Shown piece by piece: positions 21,396 to 33,465 of a DNA stretch of 64,000 nt. The notes beneath the pieces were generated by a model. The model ran no database searches. It saw only the letters and a program-made list of their open reading frames with translations, and was not told the origin of the DNA. Position numbers and translations under genes: made by a program. Origin of the DNA: Candidatus Dasytiphilus stammeri (GTDB lineage: Bacteria > Pseudomonadota > Gammaproteobacteria > Enterobacterales > Enterobacteriaceae); the NCBI GenBank assembly GCA_045689995.1, contig CP145883.1, positions 480,750 through 544,749 of the forward strand. The letters are read 5' to 3'. Within the stretch, counting starts at the first letter, position 1, and every line of letters starts with the position of its first letter.

Positions 21396-22832
21396 ATGAA
21401 AAAAAATGGTTTAACTCTTAGCGTGATTGCCTTAGGTCTAATGATCGGAATGGCGGCATTTTCTGAAATATCAGCAAATAATTATGTAACTGATACTACT
21501 ATTTACCACCAAATACCAAGTTTAGCACCAATGTTAACTCAAGTTATGCCTTCGGTAGTAAGTATTAATGTAGAGGGTAGTACTATTACTCATTATCCAA
21601 AATTACCTCCACTCTTTCATTATTTTTTTGGTTTTGAAAATAGCTATCCATTTTGTCAAGAAGGATCGCCATTTCAAGATTTTCCATTCTGCCAAACTGA
21701 AAACCATGACGATGACATACAGCAAAAGAAAAATTTTAGTGCATTAGCCTCAGGAGTAATTATTAATGCCAAAAAAGGCTATGTTGTTACAAATAATCAT
21801 GTTATTAATCATGCTACAAAAATTCAGGTACAACTGAACGATGGACGACAATATTTAGCTACAGTAATTGGTAAGGATCCGCGTACGGATATTGCTTTAA
21901 TTCAACTTAAAGATTTTAAAAATTTAACTGAAATTACATTTGCTGATTCTGATAATCTCCAGGTAGGAGATTATTCAGTAGCGATTGGCAATCCGTATGG
22001 ATTAGGAGAAACAGTAACTGCTGGAATTATTTCTGCTTTAGGTCGTAGTGGATTAAACACTGATAATTATGAAGATTTTATTCAGACAGATGCAGCTATA
22101 AATCGTGGTAATTCTGGTGGAGCCTTAGTTAATTTAAGAGGTCAATTAATTGGGATTAATACAGCAATTTTAGCACCAGATAGTGGCAATATCGGCATTG
22201 GCTTTGCAATTCCTAGTAATATGGTAAAAAATCTTACCTTACAACTGATAGATTTTGGCAAAATAAATAGAGGAGAAATAGGTATTAGAGGAACAGACTT
22301 GAATTCTGAATTAGCAACAGCCATGAATATAGGTATTCAACGCGGCGCGTTTATTAGTCAAGTCATGCCTAAATCTTCTGCCTTTAAATCAGGTATTAAA
22401 GCTGGAGATGTAATTATTTCAATTGATGGAAAAAGAATTTATAGTTTTGCGGAATTTCGTGCACATATTGGTACCTTACCAGCTGGTAGCAAAATCTTAA
22501 TAGGATTATTAAGAGATGGAAAACAAATTCAAGTACAACTAAAATTAGAACAGAGGATACCAAGTCGATTAAATTCAAAAATGATTTATACTGGTATTAA
22601 AGGTGCAATTATAAGTAATATTGAAGGAAATAAAGGAATAATAGTTGAGAAAGTTAAACCACATACTCTTGCATCCAGGATTGGTTTAATGAAAGGCGAT
22701 ATTCTACTTAGTATTAATCATCATCAAGTTACAAATTTAGCAGAATTACGCCAAATTTTAGATTCTAACCCATCAATATTAGTGCTCAATATTTTGCGTG
22801 GAGATACAACAATTTATTTAGTCATGCAATAA
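21396..22832 (+). CDS. degP: Periplasmic serine endoprotease/chaperone DegP (HtrA)
   Basis: 478 aa with a signal peptide, the Cys-containing LA loop FCQEGSPFQDFPFCQ (DegP-type), the catalytic triad contexts TNNHV / DIALIQL / GNSGGAL, and two PDZ regions. Confidence 0.92.
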   Translation: MKKNGLTLSVIALGLMIGMAAFSEISANNYVTDTTIYHQIPSLAPMLTQVMPSVVSINVEGSTITHYPKLPPLFHYFFGFENSYPFCQEGSPFQDFPFCQTENHDDDIQQKKNFSALASGVIINAKKGYVVTNNHVINHATKIQVQLNDGRQYLATVIGKDPRTDIALIQLKDFKNLTEITFADSDNLQVGDYSVAIGNPYGLGETVTAGIISALGRSGLNTDNYEDFIQTDAAINRGNSGGALVNLRGQLIGINTAILAPDSGNIGIGFAIPSNMVKNLTLQLIDFGKINRGEIGIRGTDLNSELATAMNIGIQRGAFISQVMPKSSAFKSGIKAGDVIISIDGKRIYSFAEFRAHIGTLPAGSKILIGLLRDGKQIQVQLKLEQRIPSRLNSKMIYTGIKGAIISNIEGNKGIIVEKVKPHTLASRIGLMKGDILLSINHHQVTNLAELRQILDSNPSILVLNILRGDTTIYLVMQ

Positions 22833-22850
22833 ATAAAATCATCAATAATA

Positions 22851-22889
22851 AAATATCCTACGAGATAAAATTATTCTCGTGGGATATTT
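22851..22889. terminator. Bidirectional rho-independent terminator between convergent degP and aspA
   Basis: A 15-bp stem, AAATATCCTACGAGA (22851-22865) paired with TCTCGTGGGATATTT (22875-22889), has one G-U pair and a 9-nt loop. It is flanked by T/A runs on both strands. Confidence 0.7.
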
Positions 22890-22890
22890 A

Positions 22891-24321
22891 TTATGATTTT
22901 TTATCATATAGCTGAGCTTTATAAATTGGGTGCATTAGATTAGTTGTAGATAAGATCTCATCTAATTCAGTTTCAGTTAATAAACCACGTTCTAATATAA
23001 CTTCACGAACACTTTTACCGGTTTCAGTACAAATCTTACCAATAAGATCGCCATTATGATGACCTATATAAGGATTAAGATAGGTTATAATTCCAATCGA
23101 ATTAAAAACATACCCTTCACATATTGATTTATTAGCAGTAATGCCATTAATACATTTTTCTAAGAGAGTAGAACATGCCTTGGTAAGAATTTCTATGGAT
23201 TCAAAGATAGCTTGACTAATAATTGGTTCCATAACGTTTAATTGTAATTGTCCTGCTTCTGAAGCTAAAGTTATACAAAGATCATTTCCAATTACCTTAA
23301 AACATATTTGATTTACTACTTCAGGTAGTACTGGATTAACCTTAGCAGGCATAATAGATGAACCCGCTTGTAATTGAGGTAAATTAATTTCATTTAATCC
23401 TGCTCTAGGTCCTGAAGATAAAAGTCGTAAATCATTACAAATTTTTGATAATTTTACCGCAAGGCGTTTTAAGCTACTATGCACCATAACATAAGCACCA
23501 CAATCAGAAGTTGCTTCAATAAGATCTTCAGCCGGAATAAAAGGAAACTGAGTAACTTCTACTAATTTTCTTACAGCTAATTGTTGATAACCCGGAGGTG
23601 TATTTAACCCAGTACCAATTGCAGTAGCTCCTAAATTAACTTCTAATAATAAAGCACTAGTTTGCAAAATGTTTTTAATTTCTTCTTTTAGAAGAATTTG
23701 AAAAGCATAAAATTCCTGTCCTAATGACATAGGTACCGCATCTTGTAACTGTGTTCTTCCCATTTTTAAAATATTTTTAAATTCTGATGACTTTTTATTC
23801 AAACCTTTTCTCAAATTATTTATAGATTCTACCAATTTTAAAATTAAACTATACACTGCAATCCTAAAACCGGTAGGATAAGCATCATTCGTTGATTGAC
23901 ATTTATTAATATGATCGTTAGGATGTAAATATTGATATTCTCCTTTTTGATGACCCATTAACTCAAGACCGATATTAGCTAATACTTCATTAGTATTCAT
24001 ATTTACTGAAGTACCGGCACCACCTTGATAGACATCAATTGGAAATTGATCCATATACTTACCATGATGAAGAATTTCATCACATGCTTGAATGATAATA
24101 TGAGAAATATTTGGTGGTAAGGTCTTTAATTGTTGATTTGCTAAAGCGGATGCTTTTTTTACCATGACCATACCACGAATAAATTCAGGAATATCACTAA
24201 TCTTGTTATTACTTATACGGAAATTTTCTATGGCACGTAAAGTATGTATTCCATAATACGCATTTGATGGAATTTCCCTTTGCCCTAATAAATCTTCTTC
24301 GTGACGCATACATTTGACCAT
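22891..24321 (-). CDS. aspA: Aspartate ammonia-lyase
   Basis: 476 aa with [27 protein letters not shown], the [13 protein letters not shown]-loop and [10 protein letters not shown]. Colinear with E. coli AspA and adjacent to groES as in E. coli. Confidence 0.96.
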   Translation of the reverse strand: MVKCMRHEEDLLGQREIPSNAYYGIHTLRAIENFRISNNKISDIPEFIRGMVMVKKASALANQQLKTLPPNISHIIIQACDEILHHGKYMDQFPIDVYQGGAGTSVNMNTNEVLANIGLELMGHQKGEYQYLHPNDHINKCQSTNDAYPTGFRIAVYSLILKLVESINNLRKGLNKKSSEFKNILKMGRTQLQDAVPMSLGQEFYAFQILLKEEIKNILQTSALLLEVNLGATAIGTGLNTPPGYQQLAVRKLVEVTQFPFIPAEDLIEATSDCGAYVMVHSSLKRLAVKLSKICNDLRLLSSGPRAGLNEINLPQLQAGSSIMPAKVNPVLPEVVNQICFKVIGNDLCITLASEAGQLQLNVMEPIISQAIFESIEILTKACSTLLEKCINGITANKSICEGYVFNSIGIITYLNPYIGHHNGDLIGKICTETGKSVREVILERGLLTETELDEILSTTNLMHPIYKAQLYDKKS

Positions 24322-24554
24322 GATAACCTTCTTACTAAATAATTATTATTTACCTAAAATCTAGCTATCTTTTATTAAGATTATTTAAATAAAAATCTCT
24401 AAGAAATATTAATTGATGTTAATTTGATTAGAATTGATAATCAATAATAAAACAACATAATATTAGTAATTAGTATATCATTCATTTTTTAGATATTAGC
24501 ATCATTAATATCAATCATTAATTAATTGGTAATTAGAAAATTATTCTAATATTG

Positions 24555-24586
24555 CCCCTTGAAGAGATAAAAATCACCCCCATTTC
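24555..24586 (+). promoter_or_regulatory. sigma32 (RpoH) heat-shock promoter of groES-groEL
   Basis: CCCCTTGAA (-35, CTTGAA at 24558-24563), a 14-nt spacer, then CCCCATTT (-10, 24578-24585). This matches the sigma32 consensus and the E. coli groE promoter CCCCCTTGAAG...CCCCATTTC. Confidence 0.8.
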
Positions 24587-24599
24587 GATGAATGATAAG

Positions 24600-24621
24600 G
24601 CCGGAAGCCAAATGGTCCGGT
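24600..24621 (+). promoter_or_regulatory. Conserved GC-rich stem-loop in the groESL 5' leader
   Basis: GCCGGA (24600-24605) pairs with TCCGGT (24616-24621) around a 10-nt loop. From my recollection, the E. coli groE leader carries GCCGG...TCCGGC at the equivalent place. It is the only GC-rich patch in a very AT-rich 340-bp spacer. Confidence 0.4.
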
Positions 24622-24661
24622 ATTAACCTAAAAAATTGGACTTCCTAAAGGAGATTTATTA

Positions 24662-24955
24662 ATGAAAATTCGTCCATTGCATGATCGGGTTATTGTTAAG
24701 CGCAAAGAAGTAGAATCAAAATCTGCCGGAGGCATCATGCTAACGGGTTCTGCCGCAGCTAAATCGACTCGTGGTGAAGTATTAGCAGTAGGAAAAGGTC
24801 GCATTCTTGAAAGCGGAGAAACGAAGCCTTTGGATGTCAAAGTTGGCAATACTATCATTTTTAATGATGGTTATAATGTAAAAACTGAAAAAATTGATAA
24901 TGAAGAAGTGTTAATCATGTCAGAGAGCGACATATTGGCGATTGTTGAAATTTAA
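24662..24955 (+). CDS. groES: Co-chaperonin GroES
   Basis: 97 aa, [25 protein letters not shown]... AAGGAG Shine-Dalgarno sequence upstream. Confidence 0.98.
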   Translation: MKIRPLHDRVIVKRKEVESKSAGGIMLTGSAAAKSTRGEVLAVGKGRILESGETKPLDVKVGNTIIFNDGYNVKTEKIDNEEVLIMSESDILAIVEI

Positions 24956-24969
24956 TCACTAATAAATGA

Positions 24970-26643
<1,674 letters not shown>

Positions 26644-26690
26644 TGTAAGTAAGATCTTTAAATAACATCCATAAATCATGGTATTAATTA

Positions 26691-26720
26691 AACCTCTGTT
26701 ATTGCTAACAGAGGTTTTAC
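26691..26720 (+). terminator. Rho-independent terminator of groESL
   Basis: A perfect 10-bp stem, AACCTCTGTT (26691-26700) paired with AACAGAGGTT (26707-26716), has a 6-nt loop and is followed by TT. Confidence 0.75.
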
Positions 26721-26736
26721 TTGTTTATTTCATCTA

Positions 26737-27657
26737 ATGAAAGAATCTCTAGCAACTTCATTTCAAGAAATGATTCTCTTACTTCAAAATTATTGGAGTG
26801 CTCAAGGTTGTGTTCTGATTCAACCACTAGACCTTGAAGTAGGTGCTGGAACTTCTCATCCGGTAACTTGCTTATGGGCCATTGGTCCTGAACCAGTTAG
26901 TGCTGCTTATGTTCAAGCTTCGAGACGTCCAAATGATGGCCGTTATGGCAAAAATCCTAATAAATTACAACATTTTTATCAATTTCAGGTTATTATTAAA
27001 CCATCACCTAACAATATTCAAGATTTATACCTGAATTCACTATATTCATTAGGTATTGATCCACAAATTAATGATATACGATTTATAGAAGATAATTGGG
27101 CTAATCCTACATTGGGTGCTTGGGGCATTGGATGGGAAGTTTGGATAAATGGTATGGAAATTACTCAATTTACTTATTTTCAACAAGTAGCATGTATAGA
27201 ATGTAAACCGGTGATGACTGAAATAACTTATGGATTAGAACGTTTAGCTATGTATCTTCAACATATAGATAACATTTATGATCTTATCTGGGCAAGAGAT
27301 AAAAAGAGTAATACTACTTATGGAGAATTATTTTATCAAAATGAATTTGAACAATCTGTTTATAATTTCGAACAAGCAGATATTAATCTTTTATTAATCT
27401 GGTTTAATCAATATGAAAAAGAGGTAGAAAGATTATTAAATCTTGAAAATCCCTTACCAGTACCGGCTTACGAACTATTGCTAAAAGCAGCACATAACTT
27501 TAACTTGCTAGAATCTAGAAAAGTTATTTCGACCACTGAAAGACAAGAATATATTTTAAGAATTAGAAAATTAACAAAGATGGTGATGACAGTATATTAT
27601 AATTACCGAAAAAAATTAGGTTTTCCTAGATGTAAAAAAAATACTCAATATGAATAA
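26737..27657 (+). CDS. glyQ: Glycine--tRNA ligase alpha subunit
   Basis: 306 aa with [36 protein letters not shown] and [18 protein letters not shown]. Colinear with E. coli GlyQ. Confidence 0.96.
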   Translation: MKESLATSFQEMILLLQNYWSAQGCVLIQPLDLEVGAGTSHPVTCLWAIGPEPVSAAYVQASRRPNDGRYGKNPNKLQHFYQFQVIIKPSPNNIQDLYLNSLYSLGIDPQINDIRFIEDNWANPTLGAWGIGWEVWINGMEITQFTYFQQVACIECKPVMTEITYGLERLAMYLQHIDNIYDLIWARDKKSNTTYGELFYQNEFEQSVYNFEQADINLLLIWFNQYEKEVERLLNLENPLPVPAYELLLKAAHNFNLLESRKVISTTERQEYILRIRKLTKMVMTVYYNYRKKLGFPRCKKNTQYE

Positions 27658-29587
27658 AAAAACATTCTTAGTAGAAATTGGTACCGAGGAATTACCTTTT
27701 AAAGCTAAGGCACTTCGTAAGATTGCTGAAAAATTTACTAATAATATTACTAAGGAATTAAAAGATGCTTTAGTGTCACATGGAAATATCAAATGGTTTG
27801 CATCACCGCGTCGTCTAGCAATCACAATAGACCAACTAGATCCAATTCTCCAAAATATAGATTTACAGAATAATTTTAATAAAAATCAAATTTTACTCAG
27901 CACTATTCTTAGTAAAATAGTAGAAACTGCATTAATAAAATTATCAGATCACAATTCTATGAGATGGGGATCAGCTAATCTCAACTTTATTCGTCCTATT
28001 CATACCATTACTTTACTACTAGGTGAAGAACTCATTCCAGCAAAAATTTTTGGAATTGAATCTTCAAAAACTATTCTTGGCCATAGATTCATGGGAGAGA
28101 TTAAATTTGATATAGATTCTGCTGACCAATATCAGCAATTACTAATAACTAAAGGAAAAGTAATTGCCGATTATGAATTACGCAAAAATAAAATTCGTGA
28201 TGAGATACAATTAGCTGCCTTAAAAATTGGAGGAAAAGTTTTTTTTAATGAAAATATGTTAGAAGAAGTAACCTCATTAGTAGAATGGCCAGTTATATTA
28301 ACTTCATCTTTTAATGAACAATTTTTAGATATACCTAGTATAATATTATATACCATACAAATAAATCAACATTATTTTCCTATATATGATTCTCATGGTA
28401 AATTATTACCCAAATTTCTTTTTGTTGCTAATTTAGAATCAAAAGATCCTCAAAAAATTATTAATGGAAATCAAAAAGTTTTGCATAGTAAATTAGTAGA
28501 TGCCAAATTTTTTTTTAATCTTGATAGAAAAAAAAAACTAGAATATTATCTTCCTTATTTAGAAAAACTGATATTTCAAGATAAACTTGGAACTATGCTT
28601 GATAAAACTAACCGTTTACAACAATTAATATATTTAATTTGTAGAAAAATTGATCTACATCCAAATCGTGCGATACGTGCTGGATTATTATCTAAATGTG
28701 ATCTAGTCACTAAAATGGTTATGGAATTTCCAACATTACAAGGTATAGTAGGTATGCACTATGCACTTTTAGATGGTGAAGATGAATCGGTTGCTCGCGC
28801 ATTAAAAGAACAATATTTCCCCAGTTATCAAGTTGAGAATCTTCCTTCTAATATAGAAAGTTGTCTACTTGCGATTGCAGATAAAATAGATAATCTAACG
28901 GGTCTCATTGGTATTGGAAAATTCCCACAGGGTGATAGAGATCCTTTTGCATTACGTCGTCATGCTCTTAGTTTACTTCGCATTATTATTGAAAATAAAA
29001 TTTATTTAGATTTAAATTGGCTAATAGAAGTATCAGTAAGTATTTATAATGAAAAACTAAATAATAGTAATGTTATAAATGATGTAATGAATTTTATTAT
29101 GGGTAGATATAGAACTTGGTATCTTAAACAAGGATATAATCTTAATATTATTAACTCAGTATTAGTTTGTCGTCCTACTTATCCAATAGATTTTGATGCT
29201 CGCATAGAAACAGTGTCATCTCTTAGTAAAATTTCTAAAATTTATTCAACTTTAATAATTATTAATAAAAGAATTACTAATATTTTAAAGAAATCTAAAG
29301 ATAAACTTACTACCCAGATCAATGTATCTTTATTAAGAGAAAATGAAGAAATAGAGCTTGCAAATGCAATCAATATAATTAATAAAAAAATACAACCGTA
29401 TCTTGTTGAATTTGATTACCAAAAAGCATTACTAGAAATAGTAAAAATTAGTGATTTAATTAATAATTTTTTTAATAAAGTTATCATTAATACATCTGAT
29501 AAAGAAATGAGAATTAATCGATTAACAATATTAAATAAATTAAAAACCTTATTTATAAGAATAGCTGATTTTTCTTTACTGCATTAA
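27650..29587 (+). CDS. glyS: Glycine--tRNA ligase beta subunit
   Basis: 645 aa with [31 protein letters not shown] and INRLT.L.KL. Overlaps the glyQ stop by 8 nt. About 45 residues shorter than E. coli GlyS. Confidence 0.93.
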   Translation: MNKKTFLVEIGTEELPFKAKALRKIAEKFTNNITKELKDALVSHGNIKWFASPRRLAITIDQLDPILQNIDLQNNFNKNQILLSTILSKIVETALIKLSDHNSMRWGSANLNFIRPIHTITLLLGEELIPAKIFGIESSKTILGHRFMGEIKFDIDSADQYQQLLITKGKVIADYELRKNKIRDEIQLAALKIGGKVFFNENMLEEVTSLVEWPVILTSSFNEQFLDIPSIILYTIQINQHYFPIYDSHGKLLPKFLFVANLESKDPQKIINGNQKVLHSKLVDAKFFFNLDRKKKLEYYLPYLEKLIFQDKLGTMLDKTNRLQQLIYLICRKIDLHPNRAIRAGLLSKCDLVTKMVMEFPTLQGIVGMHYALLDGEDESVARALKEQYFPSYQVENLPSNIESCLLAIADKIDNLTGLIGIGKFPQGDRDPFALRRHALSLLRIIIENKIYLDLNWLIEVSVSIYNEKLNNSNVINDVMNFIMGRYRTWYLKQGYNLNIINSVLVCRPTYPIDFDARIETVSSLSKISKIYSTLIIINKRITNILKKSKDKLTTQINVSLLRENEEIELANAINIINKKIQPYLVEFDYQKALLEIVKISDLINNFFNKVIINTSDKEMRINRLTILNKLKTLFIRIADFSLLH

Positions 29588-29643
29588 AGAAAATTAATAA
29601 TAATAGTACTAAAGTAGCATTACTTAAATTTAATGAGATCTTA

Positions 29644-30777
29644 TTAAACTAGTAGTTTGGTTATGATATTTTGGTATATAATACTTAGAAGCTGTAAATC
29701 TTCTATTCTAACATATTCATTCATTTTATGAATACTATGATTAACTAATCCTAATTCAACTAATTGTGTACATATACGCTTAATAAAACGACCATCAGAA
29801 GTACCTCCAGTTGTTGAAAGATTAGGTTCAATTCCCGTAATTTTTTTCACCACATTAACTACAATATCTATTAATTTTCCCGATTTAGTTAGAAACGGTC
29901 TGCCAGATAATTGCCAGTTTATCGTATAATTCAAATTGTAACGTTCTAATAACCTTTCAGTATGTTGTCGAATAAATTGATCATTAATTTCATTTCCAAA
30001 CCGCCAATTAAATTGTACCCCTAATTTAGCAGGTATGATATTGTTTATAGGATTATCAGTCTGAAGGTTAGTAATCTGTAAATTAGTTGGAGAAAAGAAT
30101 TGATTTCCATGATCCCATTCAATTTTTAAGATATCTAAAAGCATAGGGATGATTCTATGTATTGGGTTATCTGCTAAATGTGGATATGCTACATGTCCTT
30201 GGATACCATAAATAGTTAGATCAGCTGTAAGTGATCCACGTCGTCCAAATTTAATAGTATCACCGAGAATATAGTTACTAGAAGGTTCTCCAATTAAACA
30301 ATAATTAAAATGTTCATTACGAGAAAATAAGGTGTCAACTACTTTAATAGTACCATCAATAGCTTGTGATTCTTCATCCGAAGTGATTAAGTATGCTAGA
30401 CGACCTTGATGATTGGGATGAGAGTTAATAAAACGTTCAGTAGCAACTATCATCGCTGCTAATGCTCCTTTCATATCGGCGGCTCCTCTACCAAATAACA
30501 TCCCATCACGAATGTGAGCTACAAAAGGTGGAGAAATCCAATGATCTAAATCACCACTTGGCACTACATCAGTATGTCCAGCAAAAACTAAAGTGTCACC
30601 TGATTTTTGTCCATGCCAAGCCCAAAAATTCGAGGTATTATTAAAATTCATCTTTTCAATTTGAAATCCAATCTTACTTAATCTTGACATTAAGATCACC
30701 ATACAACCAGCATCATCTGGACTGATAGATGGACATCTAATGAGTTGTTTAGTGAGATTAATAACTGGACAGGACAT
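29644..30777 (-). CDS. dapE: Succinyl-diaminopimelate desuccinylase
   Basis: 377 aa. [25 protein letters not shown] matches E. coli [25 protein letters not shown]. The metal ligand contexts [20 protein letters not shown] and GEPS are present. Confidence 0.95.
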   Translation of the reverse strand: MSCPVINLTKQLIRCPSISPDDAGCMVILMSRLSKIGFQIEKMNFNNTSNFWAWHGQKSGDTLVFAGHTDVVPSGDLDHWISPPFVAHIRDGMLFGRGAADMKGALAAMIVATERFINSHPNHQGRLAYLITSDEESQAIDGTIKVVDTLFSRNEHFNYCLIGEPSSNYILGDTIKFGRRGSLTADLTIYGIQGHVAYPHLADNPIHRIIPMLLDILKIEWDHGNQFFSPTNLQITNLQTDNPINNIIPAKLGVQFNWRFGNEINDQFIRQHTERLLERYNLNYTINWQLSGRPFLTKSGKLIDIVVNVVKKITGIEPNLSTTGGTSDGRFIKRICTQLVELGLVNHSIHKMNEYVRIEDLQLLSIIYQNIITKLLV

Positions 30778-30823
30778 TTTACCTTCTTCTAAAATTTAGA
30801 ATTAAATGAGCTTAATAGCTTTT

Positions 30824-30852
30824 TTGACAGATTTCCATAAATATCTTATTTT
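30824..30852 (+). promoter_or_regulatory. Candidate sigma70 promoter upstream of the permease gene
   Basis: TTGACA (30824-30829), a 17-nt spacer, then TATTTT (30847-30852), about 100 nt upstream of the ORF start. The -10 is weak and the background is AT-rich. Confidence 0.25.
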
Positions 30853-30948
30853 GTTAAAATTTATCAAAAATATCTCTTTGAGGACACCATTAAGGTAAAT
30901 TTAATCTTTAATATCCTTAATAATCACCTGTGTTTAAAGAATATCTAC

Positions 30949-32436
30949 TTGTTATTAATTAAATATAAAATAGTGAAAAGTAATAAAATTTTAAAAAATA
31001 AAGAAACTAACCTTAAACATCTAGCAGCAAAAAAACGTTGGTTAAATTCACATGATGCAGGTTATAGAAAAATTATAGGTTATCGTCAAGTACAGATGAT
31101 AGCTATAGGTGGATCTATTGGAACTGGACTATTTTTAGGATCTGGAGCCAGATTACAACTTATTGGACCCTCATTAGCACTAGTATATTTAGTATGCGGA
31201 ATTTTTTCCTTTTTTATTTTACGAGCTTTAGGAGAATTAATTTTACATCGTCCAGCAAGTGGTAGTTTTGTTTCTTATGCCCGGGAGTTTTTAGGTGAAA
31301 AAGCATCTTATGTAGCCGGTTGGATGTATTTTATGAACTGGGTAATGACTGGTATTGTAGATATTACCGCAATAGCTGTTTATATGCATTATTGGGAATT
31401 TTTTAGTAATATACCACAATGGATATTTGCACTTGCTGCCCTTGCTATAGTAGGTTCAATGAACCTTATTGGTGTTCAATGGTTTGCAGAAATTGAATAT
31501 TGGTTTTCTTTAGTAAAAGTAGCAGCAATCACTTTATTTTTAATAATAGGAATATTTTTTGTAGCTACTGGAAGATCTCTGGCTGGTAATCCTCCTGGAT
31601 TACATCTGATTACTGATAATGGTGGATTATTTCCACATGGTATATTACCCGCCCTTGTATTAATACAAGGAGTTATTTTTGCTTTCGCTGCGATCGAACT
31701 CGTAGGAATTACTTCTGGGGAATGTCAAGATCCACTAAAAGTCTTACCAAAAATCATTAATAGTGTGATTTTACGTATTAGTATTTTTTACGTTGGATCA
31801 ATAATTTTATTAGTATTATTATTACCATGGAATGCTTATCAAGCTAATCAAAGTCCTTTTGTAACCTTTTTTAGCAAATTAGGAATACCTTATGCGAACA
31901 ATATTATGAATATTGTAGTATTATCGGCTGCCCTTTCTAGTCTAAATTCAGGATTATATTCTACCGGAAGAATACTTTACTCATTATCAATGGGTGGATC
32001 GGCGCCTGTATTTATGTCAAAAATGAATCGTAAAAATATACCTTCTAGTGGAATTATGTTAACAATAATAATTTATATTATTGGTGTAGTATTAAATTAT
32101 TATGTTCCGTCAAAAATCTTTGAGATGATATTAAATCTTGCTTCATTAGGTATCATAACTTCATGGGCATTTATTATCATATGTCAAATTAAATTAAGAA
32201 AAGCTATTCAAGAAGGAAAAGCTAAACCCGTTAAATTTAAATTACCGTTAGCTCCTTTTACTTCTTGGTTAACTTTATTATTTTTAGGAGGAATTTTAGT
32301 ATTAATGATCTTTGATTATCCTAATGGAACATTAACTATCGCATCAATTCCATTAATATCAATAGTATTAATTATAGGATGGTTTTGTTTACGCCAAAAA
32401 AAATCTATGATCAATCCATATGAAAGATCATCTTAA
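30949..32436 (+). CDS. ansP: APC-family amino acid permease, AnsP (L-asparagine permease)-like
   Basis: 495-aa polytopic ORF with RQVQMIAIGGSIGTGLFLG, FFILRALGELILHRPASGSFVSYAREFLGEKASYVAGW and SPFVTFFSKLG. From memory these blocks match enterobacterial AnsP best. No ATG precedes codon 50, so a TTG (30949) or GTG (30973) start is implied. Confidence 0.8.
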   Translation: MLLIKYKIVKSNKILKNKETNLKHLAAKKRWLNSHDAGYRKIIGYRQVQMIAIGGSIGTGLFLGSGARLQLIGPSLALVYLVCGIFSFFILRALGELILHRPASGSFVSYAREFLGEKASYVAGWMYFMNWVMTGIVDITAIAVYMHYWEFFSNIPQWIFALAALAIVGSMNLIGVQWFAEIEYWFSLVKVAAITLFLIIGIFFVATGRSLAGNPPGLHLITDNGGLFPHGILPALVLIQGVIFAFAAIELVGITSGECQDPLKVLPKIINSVILRISIFYVGSIILLVLLLPWNAYQANQSPFVTFFSKLGIPYANNIMNIVVLSAALSSLNSGLYSTGRILYSLSMGGSAPVFMSKMNRKNIPSSGIMLTIIIYIIGVVLNYYVPSKIFEMILNLASLGIITSWAFIIICQIKLRKAIQEGKAKPVKFKLPLAPFTSWLTLLFLGGILVLMIFDYPNGTLTIASIPLISIVLIIGWFCLRQKKSMINPYERSS

Positions 32437-32457
32437 AATGATTATTAAACGTAATAT

Positions 32458-33411
32458 CTAGATTAAAGATTTTAAAAATAGAGATTCTAATTGACGTTGA
32501 TCGTTAGCAAATTGACGTATACCTTCAGATAATTTTTCAACTGCCATAGCATCTTCATTATGCTCCCATCTAAAAAAAGATTCAGAAACCTTTACTGGAT
32601 GAGGGTGAATTTTAGTAGGATATATTAATTTTGGTTCAATTTCAGCTTGATTTTTCTCAAGCTGTTGAAGTAATAATGGTGAAATAGTCAAATAATCACA
32701 TCCAGTTAATGCAATAATCTGCTCAGTAGTACGAAAACTGGCACCCATAATAATAGTAGAATAATGATGTTTTTTATAGTAATTAAAAATTCTACGAACA
32801 AATTTAACACCTGGATCATTATTTCCATTAAAATCAAAAATCAATTTACGGGATAAATACCAATCAGAAACACGACCTACAAATGGAGAAATCAGAAAAA
32901 CTCCAGCATCTGCACAAGCACGCGCCTGAGCAAAAGAGAATAAAAGTGTCATATTACAATGAATACCTTGTTGCTCTAAAATTTCGGCCGCACGAATTCC
33001 TTCCCATGTAGAAGCTAACTTGATAAGGACACGAGAAGCATCAATACCTTCTTCTTTATACATCTGTATTAATTTTAACGCTTTTTCAATACACCTACTA
33101 GTATTAAAAGATAGCCGTACATCTATTTCTGTAGAAATTCTACCAGGTATATTCTTAAGTATCTCAATACCTACATTCACCGCAATTTTATCGATAGCAT
33201 GAATTAATTGTTTTTCTTTAGTATGTTCATGACTTTTAGCAGATCTTATAGAATCTTCAACGAGATCCTGATACTGTGGCATCATGGCAGCTTTTAAAAT
33301 TAATGAAGGATTAGTAGTTACATCAACTGGACGATAAAGACAAATAGATTGAATATCACCACTATCCACTACAATTTTAGTGTATCTTTTTAAAGCATCT
33401 AACTGATTCAT
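32458..33411 (-). CDS. talA: Transaldolase
   Basis: 317 aa with VVDSGDI, TTNPSLILKAA, GRISTEIDVRLSF, the IKLASTWEGIRAAE Schiff-base Lys context and LLFSFAQARACA. FRWEHNEDAMAVEKLSEGIR resembles TalA more than TalB. Confidence 0.88.
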   Translation of the reverse strand: MNQLDALKRYTKIVVDSGDIQSICLYRPVDVTTNPSLILKAAMMPQYQDLVEDSIRSAKSHEHTKEKQLIHAIDKIAVNVGIEILKNIPGRISTEIDVRLSFNTSRCIEKALKLIQMYKEEGIDASRVLIKLASTWEGIRAAEILEQQGIHCNMTLLFSFAQARACADAGVFLISPFVGRVSDWYLSRKLIFDFNGNNDPGVKFVRRIFNYYKKHHYSTIIMGASFRTTEQIIALTGCDYLTISPLLLQQLEKNQAEIEPKLIYPTKIHPHPVKVSESFFRWEHNEDAMAVEKLSEGIRQFANDQRQLESLFLKSLI

Positions 33412-33440
33412 ATCTTATATCCTGATGATTAATATTTACT

Positions 33441-33465
33441 AAAAAGATTAGTATCTAATCTTTTT
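33441..33465 (-). terminator. Candidate terminator hairpin after znuA
   Basis: On the minus strand GATTAG-ATA-CTAATC is followed by TTTTT (extended arms AAAAAGATTAG/CTAATCTTTTT). It overlaps the znuA stop codon by 2 nt and lies upstream of talA. Confidence 0.4.

Noticed and set aside
24433-24522. The palindrome ATTGAT-A-ATCAAT (24433-24445) and a 9-bp direct repeat ATCATTAAT x2 (24501-24509, 24514-24522) upstream of aspA. The half-sites resemble FNR TTGAT/ATCAA.
   Set aside because: The FNR consensus needs a 4-nt spacer (TTGAT-N4-ATCAA), and here the spacer is 1 nt. Short A/T repeats of this kind are common in the spacers of this window.
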